From: Kudoa neothunni
Lineage: Eukaryota; Animalia; Cnidaria
Assembly: GCA_964304625.1 (NCBI GenBank)
Contig: OZ199838.1
Coordinates: 15,366,929-15,430,928 of the forward strand
Reading direction: 5' to 3'
DNA length: 64,000 nt
Part shown: positions 11,501 to 25,417 of the stretch, piece by piece
How the letters are laid out: each line of letters starts with the position of its first letter
How positions within the stretch are numbered: position 1 is the first letter of the stretch
Position numbers and translations under genes: made by a program
Notes under the pieces: model-generated
Told to the model about the DNA's origin: nothing
The model's input: the letters and a program-made list of their open reading frames with translations, nothing else
Databases searched by the model: none

Positions 11501-14500
11501 TTTGTCTATAAAATGACATAATTTGAATTGATTTTTAGCTTAATAAAAAAATAGAAAGAATATTTTCAAAGATGGTTTAAACTTATTTATTTAAGTATTC
11601 GTTACTTATTAAATAATAAACAAGGAAGCAGTGAAATAACTCAAAATAAATGCATGTATCAGGATTAGTCGTGCAAAAGGTATCAGACTGATTAAGGAAA
11701 TTTGATTTTTATTGAGTTATTGTGGATTCTTGAGCTTCTAGTTAGTAAATTTTTTATAATGTTAATGATTTTTAATAAATTTCATTATATGTTAAGGTGG
11801 AAGCATTAATGATGATTAGTAGAACGGTTAAGTATTTAATATGGGACATATATCAAATTCTATGCAATAATGCGTATAGATCAAAGGTCTCTAAGTTACG
11901 ACCCCGAAAAATTATAATGTGATCCGCCGACGTTTCTATTAAAAAATATAAAATTGCTCTAATAGATTATTTTAAGATTCGATGGTACAAATTTTAACAA
12001 AAGCAGCGCATCACATGAATAACTCTTAAATTCATCTCTAATAAAATTAATGTATATAATTAACCATAAACAGCGTATAACTCGAATTCTCGTAATTTGT
12101 AAGGCTATACTATTTTTTCATATGATAATTATATCATAATATTTAACGATTTAATTTTATAATAATTATAATTTTTTGTTTATCACATATGCTGTTTTGC
12201 TATTGAATTCAAATGTGCTGTTATCTTTGATTGATTGATCCGACATTATAAATTCAAGGTAATCCAAATAAACCATATAATATGATATCCATCAGAATAG
12301 AAAAAATTTGTATTTTCTTTATTTTTCTATGAGCATTAAGTTTAAGTGATCAAAGATGCGCTTATTTTATTTTTGACTAACGGAGTTTTCCTTCATTAAA
12401 ATTCGGCATGGCTACCTTGTTCTGTTAACTAATGTTTATTACGTGTAGTTTCTGTTGGGACAATCCTTACGACCAGCTATTCTTAAGCTGATATGCAAGT
12501 TTTTCGATTTTGGACTGTGGGCTATCAAGAAAGTAATCGAGTTGCAAATTCCATTAAAATTTCCAATATGTAATAATCTGTATATTAGGCACTTTCAGTG
12601 GGAATGTTCACTTATTTGGTAAAACTGTTCAATAGCACAATTAACGAATCTACTCCATCACAGCTGGACTATTCCAACATTAAGTGTTCACTGTTTCTTT
12701 GGTGTAAACTCACCTTTTTCGAACCTCATTATCAAATCGAGCTTCTACATGCCAAAAAATACCACGTTTTTATTTATCTACTTCAGCACGATCTAAATCA
12801 AACACCATCTCTTGATATCAAAATACTCGTCATGTATATAGTGACACGTCTGGTTGAAAATGCCGCACGTCGTAAAGTAACCATTCACGAATGCTTTTAC
12901 TTGTTGATACACGAAAGTTATTTCAGGAAGCCTTTGAGAATTATGATAAACAGCTTTGTAGAGCCGTTTTCGATATGTTGCTTCAGTGTCATTTAGCGTT
13001 GAATCCCATTGTCCCAACAACTCAAGGTTTTCCCTCAGATTCGTCGCCTCCAACCACCGCTATTATACACTCAAGCCAGGCATCTGTTGTTCAATATAAA
13101 ATGTACAGTTTGCTTTTCCTGTGGAGTGTACTTTGTCTTGGAACATTGTGCGAGAATAATTACATTATTCAACAAAGAGTAATAAGAAATAATCTAATTA
13201 TTTGGCTCAAAGATTACCTTTATGTTGATGACCCAAAAGTAATTTGTTCTTTGATATGTTCACTGGTGTTACTATGTGTAAATCGATATTCTAATAAGAT
13301 ACGAGCTGCAATGGTTTGTCTTTTTGGAAATCTGATAAATTTACAACCCAACGAAACAGTCTTCCCAAACCAACAAGAGAAAATCATTGACGAACAATTG
13401 ATTCTACTTATTTTGGATATCATTGATGTAGAATGTAATACCATGGTTAAGAAAGAAATAATGATAGCATCTTTCAAGTTTATAAAAAAGTATTATGAAT
13501 CAGTAAAATCGGTAGCATTTGATGTATCGAGTGACATGAACTATGGTACAATTCAATTGGTTTTCGATCCAAAAGCAATCGTGTTTCAAAAATTATCCTC
13601 GAGAAAGATTAAAAAAATAAAAAAAACTATTTCATTCTACTCTTCTCGATGTCATGTACACGGAGATGGAATCCCCACCAAATCCATATTTGCAAGTGTT
13701 TAAATGTGGTATGAAATTGTTAATAGATGCCACGCCGGACATTGTGAAGACGACACGACTTTTTATGGCTACTATTTTGCCAGTAACTTATAAAAATAAG
13801 ATTGGTTGTTTGATATGAACGTTGTTGATTTAGTTTGATCTCAATTCGAACACCAATGAGATCACCGTTCAAAGTGTTATCACCTACAACCATAAATATT
13901 CTATCGGTGAATATTCGCTCAACTACAGGAGAAAATTATTCGATAAATTGCCAGATTGCGTAATCCTTGTCAGTAACATAGGGAAAAATTATATCTACCA
14001 CAATTTAGGATGTTTTTCTATCGAGTTCTAATATGAATATTGGTTCGCCATTATCAATAAATAACTGTGCCATTCCTGAGGTTGAAAATGATTGGAATGA
14101 AATTTTCGATGGCGCCGGAAACCTACTACCTTCGTCTACACGCTGGGAGTCACAAATTTTGATATCTGATTTAATTTTTCGCTGCTCCACATTTTTTATG
14201 CAACCCATCATGCATGATGACGTGATTTCGTTCCAATTTCAAAAAGAACAATTTGAATGCACAAAACAACGTCAATCCAACTTGGAAACATTCCATAGAT
14301 GTGTTAAGACACCCCCACTTAATCGAAAAAACTTTTCTACACGGTCCTATGTTATATTGACTCCTTATGTATCTCGTCCAGCAATCAAGTTCCATTCTTA
14401 TAAACCTCAGCTGTATCTGTCTCAAAAAAATATTGTATACTCTTTAAATTGGACCAAAGATAGCGATGTTTCCACCAAAATAATCAATCACATTGATAAA

Positions 14501-15461
14501 ACCATCGATATCACCACTATAGAGCTAATGAATGAAGATCATTTCAATCAGTTATTGTTAACTGGAAGTGATGATGGTGTGGTTAAGATATGGTCAATCG
14601 ATAACAATATACGCAGTGAAACCAATTGTCTCTCTGGTCAACTTTCTTCATGGAAAGCCTTGCCATCACTAATCAATGCACATGATTCAATTCCCACTAT
14701 GACAACCGCTTGGAACCAACGTATTTCTACGTTGTGTGTGGGTGGTTGGAGCGATCATGTGTATTGCTGGGACCTCAATGTGGAACGCTTGTGTGGTTCT
14801 ATGTTGCTCAATGATAGCAATCCATCTCCTACTACTTCAATGTTTTTCTTTGATAATAACTGGCATAGTTTGGTCTGTTCGACTTTGAGTGGCAATGTCA
14901 ATGTGTATGATTTACGCACCTTCACAAGTGTTGCACATCACTGTGAGTCCATTATTGGGAAGGATCGTGTGCCCGATAACAAACTCCCGTCTATAGCTCG
15001 AATTTGTAAAGCTTTCCCATCCAAAACCAACGATTATCATCTACACATTGCTAGGTAGTTAACAATTATATACATTAATGAGTTTAATCTTTTGTAGTGC
15101 TTCTGGTAACCTCTATTTGTACGATATTAGACAACAAAAGGTTATCGAATCGCATGACATTTCAATCGGTGATATTAACGGTTGTGATTACCAACCCTAT
15201 CATCGGTGCCTGGCCTACCAATCTGTCGACAGAGATATTTCCATTCTTTCTGACGATGGAAAGTTGATTTATTGTGGTAGATTCAAAAAATCTCCATCGA
15301 AAGACAAACTCCCATCAAATTATCTCACAACAAAATTTCATCCATTTATGAGTGTGTTGGCGCTGTACGGCGATGATGGTGTCGTTGATGTGGTTCGCAC
15401 GTCTGAACTTCAAGATACATCTGTTGATGAAGTGGTTGCTGTTTCTGACAAAAATTTGTAG
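8588..15461 (+). CDS. RPTOR: Regulatory-associated protein of mTOR (Raptor/KOG1), multi-exon; 5' part has multiple 1-nt frameshifts in this assembly
   Basis: Exon peptides match Raptor in order: IRTNIGIMAICLNMG, YVDPTSRHL, ERIFFYYNGYGVP, ILDCS, LPTDIFTMCLTSPI, IPGVNNDRNTLKGEI(N)WIYTTIMDTIA, LYRGDLLLAGLMRNFLLA, FFINQIKSFDHWL, FFDFGLWAIKK|ALSVGMFTYLVKL, and WD40 LLLTGSDDGVVKIW ... TKFHPF. A ~2-kb intron spans ~10373-12448. Confidence 0.92.
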
Positions 15462-18400
15462 TTATCATTTGAATTTTTACTTTATCATACTGATTTTCGA
15501 TCAATTGTACATTAATCTGCCTTAAAATCACGATAAACACGATAACTATGAATCTTTTTAAATAGAAATCTCTCTGTCGCTCTTTTAATTAATTATTTAA
15601 TCAATTAGTTTTTGTTAAATAACTTACCTGGATCAACAAAATATTTTTACATGCTTTAATATTTAAAAATTTTCGAATTCTTAAATGTATAGTTAAATGC
15701 AAATAAATTTTATTCCATGAAATTTATGCGATTGACTCACATCTTGTATACCTTTAAAGTATAAAAGTTTTGGTTTCGAGATTTTAGTTTTATGTACAGT
15801 TACACAAACTTAGTCTGTGGCTTTATACTTGAATTTGGAAAAAGTCAACAATTGCTTGCATATATACTTCTCGCTTAATCCACTTGTGGTGGTCAGATGG
15901 CATGGATGTCTGACTATTGGCTGGTATTTCTTAAAGTGGCTATTTGAAACCCGGTTTATAAGTATAACCATTGTTTCTGTGCTGTGCGCCCTCAATCTGC
16001 AATGAAAACCGTGATTTGAATGCACGCTCATTATTGTCACATGTTTATGCAGTTATAGTTATGCCCGATGTGGAGGATCGAATTAGACCTTCAAATTATT
16101 AGGGATGTATCCACATTATACATAAAAGGCGAGTTTGTGTGTCAACAAGTACGCGGTTGCGACAAAATTTTTTCCTTATAGACCAACGTTTCTCAACTTT
16201 CTTGACTCATGAGCCCCCGACTAGCTAAGTTGAATAAATACAAACCCCTAGGTATATTAACCACGTTTATCTAAATTATTGTTACAGAATTGTTTTTAAA
16301 ATTGACTTTAATTATAGTCATGAATTTAGGAGACTAATTTTTGTGGTTGATATTTTTAAAGAATAAAAATCTTGTCATACACTCTACAAAACTTTTGGTT
16401 CCCGATCTTTTTTTAATCGCGTCCCATTTTGTCTTGAATACAAGTTTATTGCTGCATTTTTTCAAAAGTGTTGGGTTTTTAACTTAAACTGCATATAATT
16501 TTGACTCATGCTTATATTACATTCAAATTTGAAAGCAGTTAATATATGCTTCTTGTATCATTAAAATTAAAATGTATTAGATCAAATTTAATTTAGTTTA
16601 TTGATGGACCTTAAAAATTAACTTATTTAGTTCTTCACCGCGTCAAAAACGGCGTTAAGTAAAATTCGTGGTAATCCAACCTGCATTAGGTAAGACTTTC
16701 GTGTATACAGAGCTTATAAACGAAAATAAACAATCTAGATAGAAAATGAATCATTATTATATCAGATTAAATCGAAAGTAGGGGAGATCACGATTATGTG
16801 ACAATATTTGAATTAAAACCATTCCGATTCTATGGGGGTAAAGATCACGTTAAATGTTGTTATTTATATAAATAGTCACTGATTTTTGTATTTCTTTAAA
16901 ATATTCACAGCTACTTAAAAATAAACGATATCAAAAATTGAGGTATTGATTTCAAAGTGCGCCACATCACAAAATACTCATCATTATCAATGTCACATCA
17001 ACAATCCGGATTTCCCGTACCCCATCAAAATTTTTCCGCGCCCCACCGACAGGAAACAGCGGTCTAATGCATCGTTCATTACGAGGACATTAGTAGATTA
17101 AACCTGCTCACTTCGGCAGAAAGATATGGCGAAGGGATACGTGATTCTTTGTGGTGTCTAGATTGTTCATAGAGTTTGTTTGGCCTATCAAATAGACTAA
17201 GTTGGAGACAATGTGTTTCAAAAAAAGAAATCGAATTTTTTGTTATAGTTTCTTAAATATTTCATCAGAGGAATCCATTTATTATGTTGTTCCAAAATGA
17301 AAACAGGTATCTTGAGAGCAACAACTAACAACTAGCGTATAAATCTTCGTGGTAAAAATACACAGTTTGGCTAGTTAAGTTCTTTCGCTAACAATGATTC
17401 CTTAATAATGTATGATATATTTTCAGTTAGCCGTATTTAAAGAAATCGACGTATAATTTCAGATTTTATTTAACTAATAATCAAAGATAATTTTAATATA
17501 TTTCATACTCCTCTAAGTCTAAGAAATGTTTAACTTTGTCATTTCTTAAAATTATTTTAAACCTGAGTATTTTTTAAATTCGTAGTCCACATTTTGTCAT
17601 TACATATGCTGTAAGATACTTGAAATTGTCAAGTTTGTAATAAAAACTAATAATTCGACCAAAAAACAGAAATTTTCTAAAATTAAAACAATTATAAAAT
17701 ATAAATATTACAAAATATTAATTCCTCAGGAGATAAATGAATAGAATAAGATTTGAGTTTAGGGGCTCAATGTGTTGATAGCTGCTACAAAGCTTAAGCA
17801 ATATCGCTCATTTATCATCGATTAAATCATATTAACTATTTCTAATGTGAAGATATAATAAATAAAAAAATATATTTAGTAATAAAACTGTTATTTCTCA
17901 ATTGAAAAAGTGAGGTTTTAATTAGAATCTGCACGAGATAAGACGAAATACAACCGAAGAATAATGAATAAGATTTAGGAAAAGATAATTTCAGAGATAA
18001 GTGTAGTCTTCCTCAAATTCTACCTACAAGATCATTTACCATAATATTTTAATTTCACAATAAAATACGAGACAAATATATTTAAATTAATGTGATATCT
18101 AATGGATTATTGAAATAATTAGTTTTTATCTGTTCTTAGAGAATTCCTTTATTCGCCTAGCGATAAGTTGATAATTCGTCCATAATTTTATATCCCTGAA
18201 AGAAAAAGAATCTTACCACATTAACTGTTCAAATTATTACAGACTAAATTTGTTTTTACAGTGACCTACCACCTATTTATATTATTATTCCAATAAGACC
18301 TTTATAATGCCAAAAAAGTAAAATACCGGTCTCATTATATCAAGTTACTTCAAAATAATAGAAAATGTTTATGTTACCTCAATTTAATTATGATTTAATT

Positions 18401-18782
18401 TAATATTATACAACAACAAATTAAATATCTTGTATGCAAAACATAAAATATGAAAAAAGATTATTACCAAACTAATTTGTAAAAGTTCCATGAGAATTTA
18501 GATGAATAATCTGTTTGATATAATATAATCAACAATACAGCTATTTCTAATTGAAAATTTAATTTTATTCGTGTTATAATTTTAAATACCAAAATGTCTT
18601 GACTCACATCTTTCTCATTATCCCACTACTATTTTAGTTTATTAGGCCAATTTTACATATTTAGAGAATTAAAAATATTTTTGATAAACAGGATGAGCAC
18701 ACATCTTAATTCTTTTTGATTTAAGCATGCGCACTAATCATAAAGGTTTAAGCGAAAACTCGTTTGCGATTTGTCACCAACA

Positions 18783-19468
18783 ATGCCTATCAATACCAAC
18801 CGTCTTTCTGGTCCTCCGCAAGAAAAGCAAGATTCTTATGCAGTACCAACCACTCTGGATATTGTGGTGACGAATCCCATAACACACGTCGAAGGAAACA
18901 AACGTTTCACCGATTACGAAATTAGAACTACCGTAATTTCCACGATAAAATATACAAACCCAACCCATTATATTTCGCCATTTTCACTAACTTTTTATGT
19001 TATGTTTTTTTTTCTAATAATTACGATCTAGACCAATCTTCCTACGTTCAATTTCACCGAAGCATCAGTCAGAAGACGATACAGTGATTTCGAATGGTTA
19101 CGAACAGAACTAACAGATATAACTGGGGTATCTCCACTTAAAATGTGTACTCTTATTGATAACGAAACATTAATGGAACGCTCAATTTAGATTGTTCTGT
19201 TCAACCTACCCACAAAAGGATTTCTCAAACAGATGCCCTTTCGTAAAGATCAAGGTATTTTTGAGGATTCATTTATCGAAGAACGACAAAAGGGATTGGA
19301 AAAATTTATAAGATCGTATGTTGATAATCGTTGATTGATTAAATTATGTTTTATGGTAGAATTTCAAGTCATCCCTCGGTACAAATCACAAAAATATTTC
19401 AAGCTTTTCTATGCGAGCCACATATCGATTATAACCATTATGAAAATACAAGGGATGATGAACTTTAA
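18783..19468 (+). CDS. SNX3: Sorting nexin 3/12 (PX-only), 159 aa, 4 exons (18783-18932, 19032-19127, 19191-19315, 19360-19468)
   Basis: GT-AG splicing gives FTDYEIRTT|TNLPTF, VRRRYSDFEWLRTEL, LPTKGFLKQMPFRKDQGIFEDSFIEERQKGLEKFI and SHPSVQ, which are SNX3/12 hallmarks. Confidence 0.93.
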
Positions 19469-19581
19469 TTTTGGACACAATTAAGCATCATTGTTTCGCG
19501 GTGTGATTACATAGCAAATGTTTTTATTACAAAAAAAAACAAATGGTCTAATTTGAAATCTAAAATACAACTACTACATTT

Positions 19582-22500
19582 TCAGTTATCATCAAATTGA
19601 CCTTCTTCAATGTTGTTGTCATTGTCTAGGAAAAAAAATTAATTAGGTAAACCAACAATAAAAATATTATCATTTAAATGCATTTTACCTGTAAACAACT
19701 ACAGAATTATTATAAACTCAGTTGTTATGCTTTATAAGATTAATTTGTTAAAAACAACTGAATGATGGAAGATAATTCACGAGTGCGCATTTTATAAAAA
19801 AGCGTAATTTTTTAAGCCTTAGAGTTTAAAAAATTAATCTGTTATGTTAATAACAAATAGATGGGAAATTAAAAAAAAGTTTGGCACATTTTTATTGTAT
19901 TGAAATCGAAGTAATAAAAGCTATCGTACTAAACTAAGTGTTTTTATAAGTGTAAAATTTGTTAATTGAGCCTAAGTAAATTTTGAACCATTTTATGTAA
20001 GTTAAAGTTTCTTTTATACGAACAAATACTTTATTAAATATGATTTCATATATTAAACTATTAGAGTGTATATTTGTTGTCAGTTAAAAAATTAAAAATT
20101 CTATAATTGCTCGATACTACTTCTTTCAAACAATTACGATTACTTATAGTTTCAATATTAATATCAGTCCGGGTGTACATTTGTGGTTTAAATGAAAGTG
20201 GCTATTTCATAGCAAATAATATTCAGGTGTCATAGTTTTGACTCTATTTGATTATTTCCGACATTAAGAACGGAGCGATAGGCCGGAAATAATTAAATGT
20301 AGCAGATTCTAAAAAATTAAATGTATGCGAAATGCGAAAACTTAAGTAATGGAAATTCAAAACGGAACCTGCGTATGTGAATATTACCATTAAGATAAAA
20401 TTGGTGCCTACCAATAGCAACAGTCAAAATTTAGTCTAAGATGCTAAATACGTAAGCACTGGCTTCATTTTTAATTACCACAGCTCATTTGGTATTAAAA
20501 ATTAAATTTATTTTTAAAAAGGCAATGGTTATTTCACGGGCAATTAATATCTCTAAACTAACCGATAGAATTTAATGCAAATTTATATATTTACATAATA
20601 CATAAAGATCAATTGATTTGTAAATTTATAGATGTATACACGCATGTTATATAGATTACCTTAAAATAAAGCACGTGACTGAATATGAACATGTTTTTTC
20701 AACTTTAGAACCGGTTTAATTACCAAATTATTTATTCATAAATGTATCAAAATGTTTTGTCAATCCAGAACGACAGTTTTCCGTGATTGTGAACGTGTCT
20801 CACATCAATTTGTGCGCTATAGCGATGAATCACAATTTATTTAGCGTTGGCATGAAGTTTAATTCTTTTGAAGAATTAGAAAATGCTGTAGATTTAGGAG
20901 AAGGAGTTATATTCTAATCTGTACAAATGCCAGGCATGTACCCGCTTGAATATTAAAGACAGAGTAACAAAATCAATTAATCCGCTTCTTCGGTATTATG
21001 AAATTACATATAGATGTATTTTCGGTGGTACTAATAGGCCCAGAAATAAGGCAACTACCAAAAACAACTTCCATGTGAAAACCACGCTGAGAATGTCAGA
21101 GGATGGATTGTCGCTTGAAGTGAGTTCCTCTTTATTTAACCACAATCACGAATGCAATGAAATTATTCACAGAAATTTATCAAAACAAAGGAAAATTGAT
21201 CTCAGAGATTATTCAACTTATTCAACTAGATGCAAATAAAAAGCTTATCCAGTCAAAGATTCAATCAGACACGAGTAAAAATGTGAGATTACAAGCTCTT
21301 CACAATATTAAAACCAATCCCGATACCTCCCTAAACTCTTTAACTAAAATAGAGAGATTGTTAAAAGAAGATTTTGGGGGATTTTTAAAAATTTTATACA
21401 ACGAGCCTAATTTAACTAATTGAATATTTTTCGCTGACCAAGATATGAAAAGCTTTTTAGAATTGTATCCCCAAGTAATGTTTGTCGATACGACATAACA
21501 ACTTTTAAACACGAGATATTTATCAAATAAATAGTCAACCTGATTGTGAACTGTACTAAAAATAATTTGTTGGAGTACCCTTATATTTATCAGCAAGGGA
21601 AGATTCAACAGGATGAATACACATTACAAGTGTTTGTGTTATGTATGAAGAAACGGAGCAGAACATCCAGTGGTATTGTAATGTTTTAAATAAATTGGTG
21701 CCAACGTCAACAAAAAATCTGTTTTCAATTACAACTGATAAAAATGAAAAACTTCGAAAAAGCTTTCCTAACACTTCATTAATCTTACGCAAAATATTCA
21801 CAGAGCAATTACCACAAGTAAGTTTCCAATTACAGCGTCAAAACGCCAATAAATTCTTAATATTTTGCACTCAATAATTTATTATAAAAATCCGGATGAT
21901 TATAAAAGTTACAGTAAAAAGATTAATTCTTTGAATATAATTAAGTTAACCGAATATTTTAAGAAAAATTGGGAAGATATTTATGAAGAATGGATACCTG
22001 GTTTGGGTAATGCCAGGAACTTTTACAAAAACGATATTACCAATAGGACTGAGTCAATAAATTATAAATTAAAAAAATGATAAATAATTGTTCAAAATGA
22101 TGAAACAATCCTCGCAAGAAATATTAGACAGTCAATTTTATCATTTTCAAAGAAATTCAAATACTCTACTAATCTCACATCAATGTTAGTGTCTACAACG
22201 TCAAAATTGTGCGGAGACTTCTTTGATAAATCAGTTAATGCAATAAAGTTATTAGAGAACATAATTAGAAATCACGGAGTTGAGTTTATTGATTCTTTTC
22301 ATGAAACATGTATCTTACATTAAATATTTATATTATAGTTGGCAAAATAATCAAAATGGTGAAAATATTGTTTATTTATTGATAAAAATATTGTTTTTAC
22401 GTTATGGAAAATAGAAACTCAAAAAAGATAGCGAATTCGACTCGATACACCCCGTGAATTTTCAAAGGTTACAACAGAGAATACTGAAGAATTGATCCAT

Positions 22501-24049
22501 TCTGAGAACAACGGAAGCGCTATGAATGGAATCGAATTCTTTTCCATCCTAACCTTTCCTTGATCAATGGTTATAAATAATAATTATTTTTTTGACTTAG
22601 TTTTAGACTTGGAATTGTCATCCAAAATAAAATCGGTAGGATGGAACCTAACTGTGATTGGTGTTAGAGAGAGAAAACAGCAAACATATACTAGATAAAA
22701 ATTTTATTTGCATAATTAATCTCGTTTACAACATATTTATTCTTTCGAATAGACATGGTGGTCTTATTTATTAAGATAAACTGCTGATATTGCGTCGCTA
22801 TTCGGAAGCACTTTAGTTTCGCCAATATAATTTTCATGCTAATTTTTAATATACTTTATTAAGAATATAGAAACCTCTATTATTAGCATCGTTATTCTTT
22901 ATATATTCGGTAAACTAAATAATAATTGCATATGTATTAATATTTGAAGGCGTTTGTTTATAAGGTCATCCATATAACAAGTGTGTATATGCTTATAAAC
23001 CAATTGCTTTTTATTGGTTATGTTAATATATAAAATTTCATTAAATCCTATCAGTTAGTTTTAGAGATATTAATTGTCTGTGAAATAGCCACTGCCTTTT
23101 AAAAATCCGTCACAGATTGTTATTTTTAATTTATCAATATTCTAATAAAAGCGAAGAATAATTAAAGTCAAAAATTACTTAAGAGATTAAATTATTTAAA
23201 GTTAATAGTCATTTCCCTTAGTAGTTCTGATTTTGGAGAGATTAAAACAAATAATTTGCATACTTTTGGAACTGTATTGCTGGTCAATAACTTCAAAATC
23301 ATTCTCGTCAATTTTTCCATCCCAGTCCATATCGTTATCTTCATCACTGAAACCGTCACTTTCAGCTAACTCATCAATATCCTCTCCACGATCGAGTTGA
23401 GCTTGCACTAAATAAATTTTGTATTTTGTTAATTTACATTAAAAATAAATCATTAACCTTGCCGAGCTGAGGCATCATTCATCAATCCCATCAATTTGGT
23501 GTATAGAGCAGTAGCTATATCAGATTATAGGAACAATAATTCGAAAAAAGAATGATTCACATTTTGCAACAACATCATCATCTTCAAAGGCGTATCCAAC
23601 AATTAACGTATGCTCAACTGGGCATTTTTCAAGCTCATCATCTAACCGAAAATTCATATAGCACCGAAGCCATAAAAACGCGTTTCCATGACAATACCTT
23701 TTACAATATAATAGTAGTCCATGATAACAACGGTACAATTTATGGAATCCATTTCGAATTTGGATCGACCCGTAGCTGACGCATCAGATATGTCCAAAAT
23801 AAACACTATGTTGCTATCATTCTCCTTGCGCCAAATAATATAACTATATTTGAGAATAAATAAATAACAATTATTATGATAGTGCAACGTGTTAAGATAC
23901 TTTGATGAAAACATCAGACTGCCGCCTCCATTCGATTTTCCATTCAATACCAACACTACGTTTGTTTCATATGGCTCATTTTGGGGGAAAAGTTTTTGAA
24001 GTTGTTGGTCTCTTTTCGTGACAACAGATAGAAACGAATCCTCCAACAT
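19582..24049 (-). CDS. CLNS1A: Methylosome subunit pICln; terminal exon 19625-19582 lies beyond a MULE-filled intron
   Basis: PH-like N-terminus (NGGGSLMFSS-YIIW, VFILDIS, RIIVP..ATALYTKL), acidic region (ELAESDGFSDEDNDMDWD), and a last exon ending EEGQFDDN* that resembles the pICln C-terminal GQFED motif. One 1-nt frameshift at ~23525; start codon uncertain. Confidence 0.7.
20521..23096 (+). mobile_element. Mutator-like (MULE) DNA transposon, full-length, decayed
   Basis: ~155-bp imperfect TIRs (GGCAATGGTTATTTCAC.. / ..GTGAAATAGCCACTGCC) and a 9-bp TSD TTTTAAAAA (20512-20520, 23097-23105). Confidence 0.92.
20840..22080 (+). pseudogene. Disrupted MULE transposase
   Basis: Fragments KFNSFEELE, YYEITYRCIFGG, HNHEC, ELYPQVMFVDTT* (first catalytic D), EYFKKNW and TNRTESINYKLK (catalytic E), broken by stops and frameshifts. 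Confidence 0.85.
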
Positions 24050-24237
24050 ATGAAAACACCACCTGAGAGACCCCTTCAAGGATAATCACTCGTTGTTGAG
24101 CGCTGAGATCTCGTCTATATTCGTTACATTTAATATTTCGTTATCTAGTCAACGTGAGTACTAATTATTTTATTAAACCTAAATTTGTGTATAAGAACAA
24201 ATATAAAAATTATCTGTAAATAGAAATTTCATTTTAA

Positions 24238-25131
24238 CCCTCTAATGAATTTGGGGTAGAAAATTATCTCAATGAAAATTTGTTTATTGGATAATATATA
24301 AATAATAATTTTAAATTTTTCTAGGGTTTGGCGCAATTTTTTTAAATAATGTTTTTTACAAATTAAAATAAAAAAAATTTTTTGCATATGATATTGGCGG
24401 AAATATACATTTTTCGCCTTCCGATGGACTTTCGGGTAAAAAAATACCCCATTTTTTTCTTTGCGAGAATTAACGTAGAAATAATATTTAACCTATGTAA
24501 TGAGTTTTGGGATTCTTGTAGTCTGGATTCTACGATATAACACTTACAAATCATAAGTAGATCACGTGATTCGGTATACAAACGAGTTTTTGATGATATT
24601 CTCCAGAGTAAGTTCTTGAAATCATGGAAGCATTATTATCTGGTCTACTAATGAGGAGATAAGTGCCAAATAAAAATTTTGAACCACGTTCAACCCCTAT
24701 TCCAAGAAAATTGGATACAAAACCAGTGTTGTGTGCGCAATATGCATTAAATAATGTTGTCAAAACCAGTTAATAAATGTTTGTGAATCATCTTTGCATT
24801 AAATATGGCTTATTTGTGGCACGAAATATAGGAGAAGGAGTTATTTAGATAAATTTTTTTTAAAAGCTTTAATTAGAAAAATACACAATAAATCGAAATC
24901 GGACTTAAAATCTAATGCGACGGTTGTTGACGAAAGCGGTATTCGTAGGATTATCTAGATTATTAAACGATTTATTTACATTGTAACTCATTATTCTTTT
25001 TCCATGTCCACTAAAATTTTAAATAATTCTTCTTATGAAATTGTTTTGTAATAAATAATCAAATCAAAACTTGGAGTATTTTTTATTTCACGGTTCATTG
25101 GAGTACAGTTAATTTTCGGTACATTAGAGGA
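24238..25131 (+). mobile_element. Non-autonomous piggyBac-like element, family B, copy 1 (~0.9 kb)
   Basis: TTAA|CCCTCTAATG ... CATTAGAGGA|TTAA; colinear similarity to 41714-43432 and, inverted, to 60390-61285. Confidence 0.85.
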
Positions 25132-25417
25132 TTAAAATAGTTTTGGGGAGAGTTTATACGGCTTAAAAATAAGGTAAATAAAGAGTTATAATTATCTGTG
25201 ATTGAAATAAATGTATTTATTCATTTAAGTAAATTTTCTGTGAATATAAAATTCTAATTCTATTATTTATATACGTAACAATTATTTGTTCATTTTGTAA
25301 TCCTTTCATAAACATAAAAATATAATTCCCCACTTTTCGCCTAAATGCAATAATCTTGTTACAGTGTATTATGTTTTGGAGTTCTAGTTGGGTATTTCTC
25401 CTTCATGAAAAGATTTA

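Noticed and set aside
15622-15631. ACTTACCTGG, like the U1 snRNA 5' end
   Set aside because: No U1 stem-loops or Sm site follow.
16184-17061. Possible hAT remnant (CAACGTTTCTCAAC .. GGAAACAGCG)
   Set aside because: TIR match is weak and there is no matching 8-bp TSD.
17105-17127. TGCTCACTTCGGCAGAAAGATAT, like the U6 5' stem
   Set aside because: No ACAGAGA box or AGC triad downstream; at most a tiny fragment.
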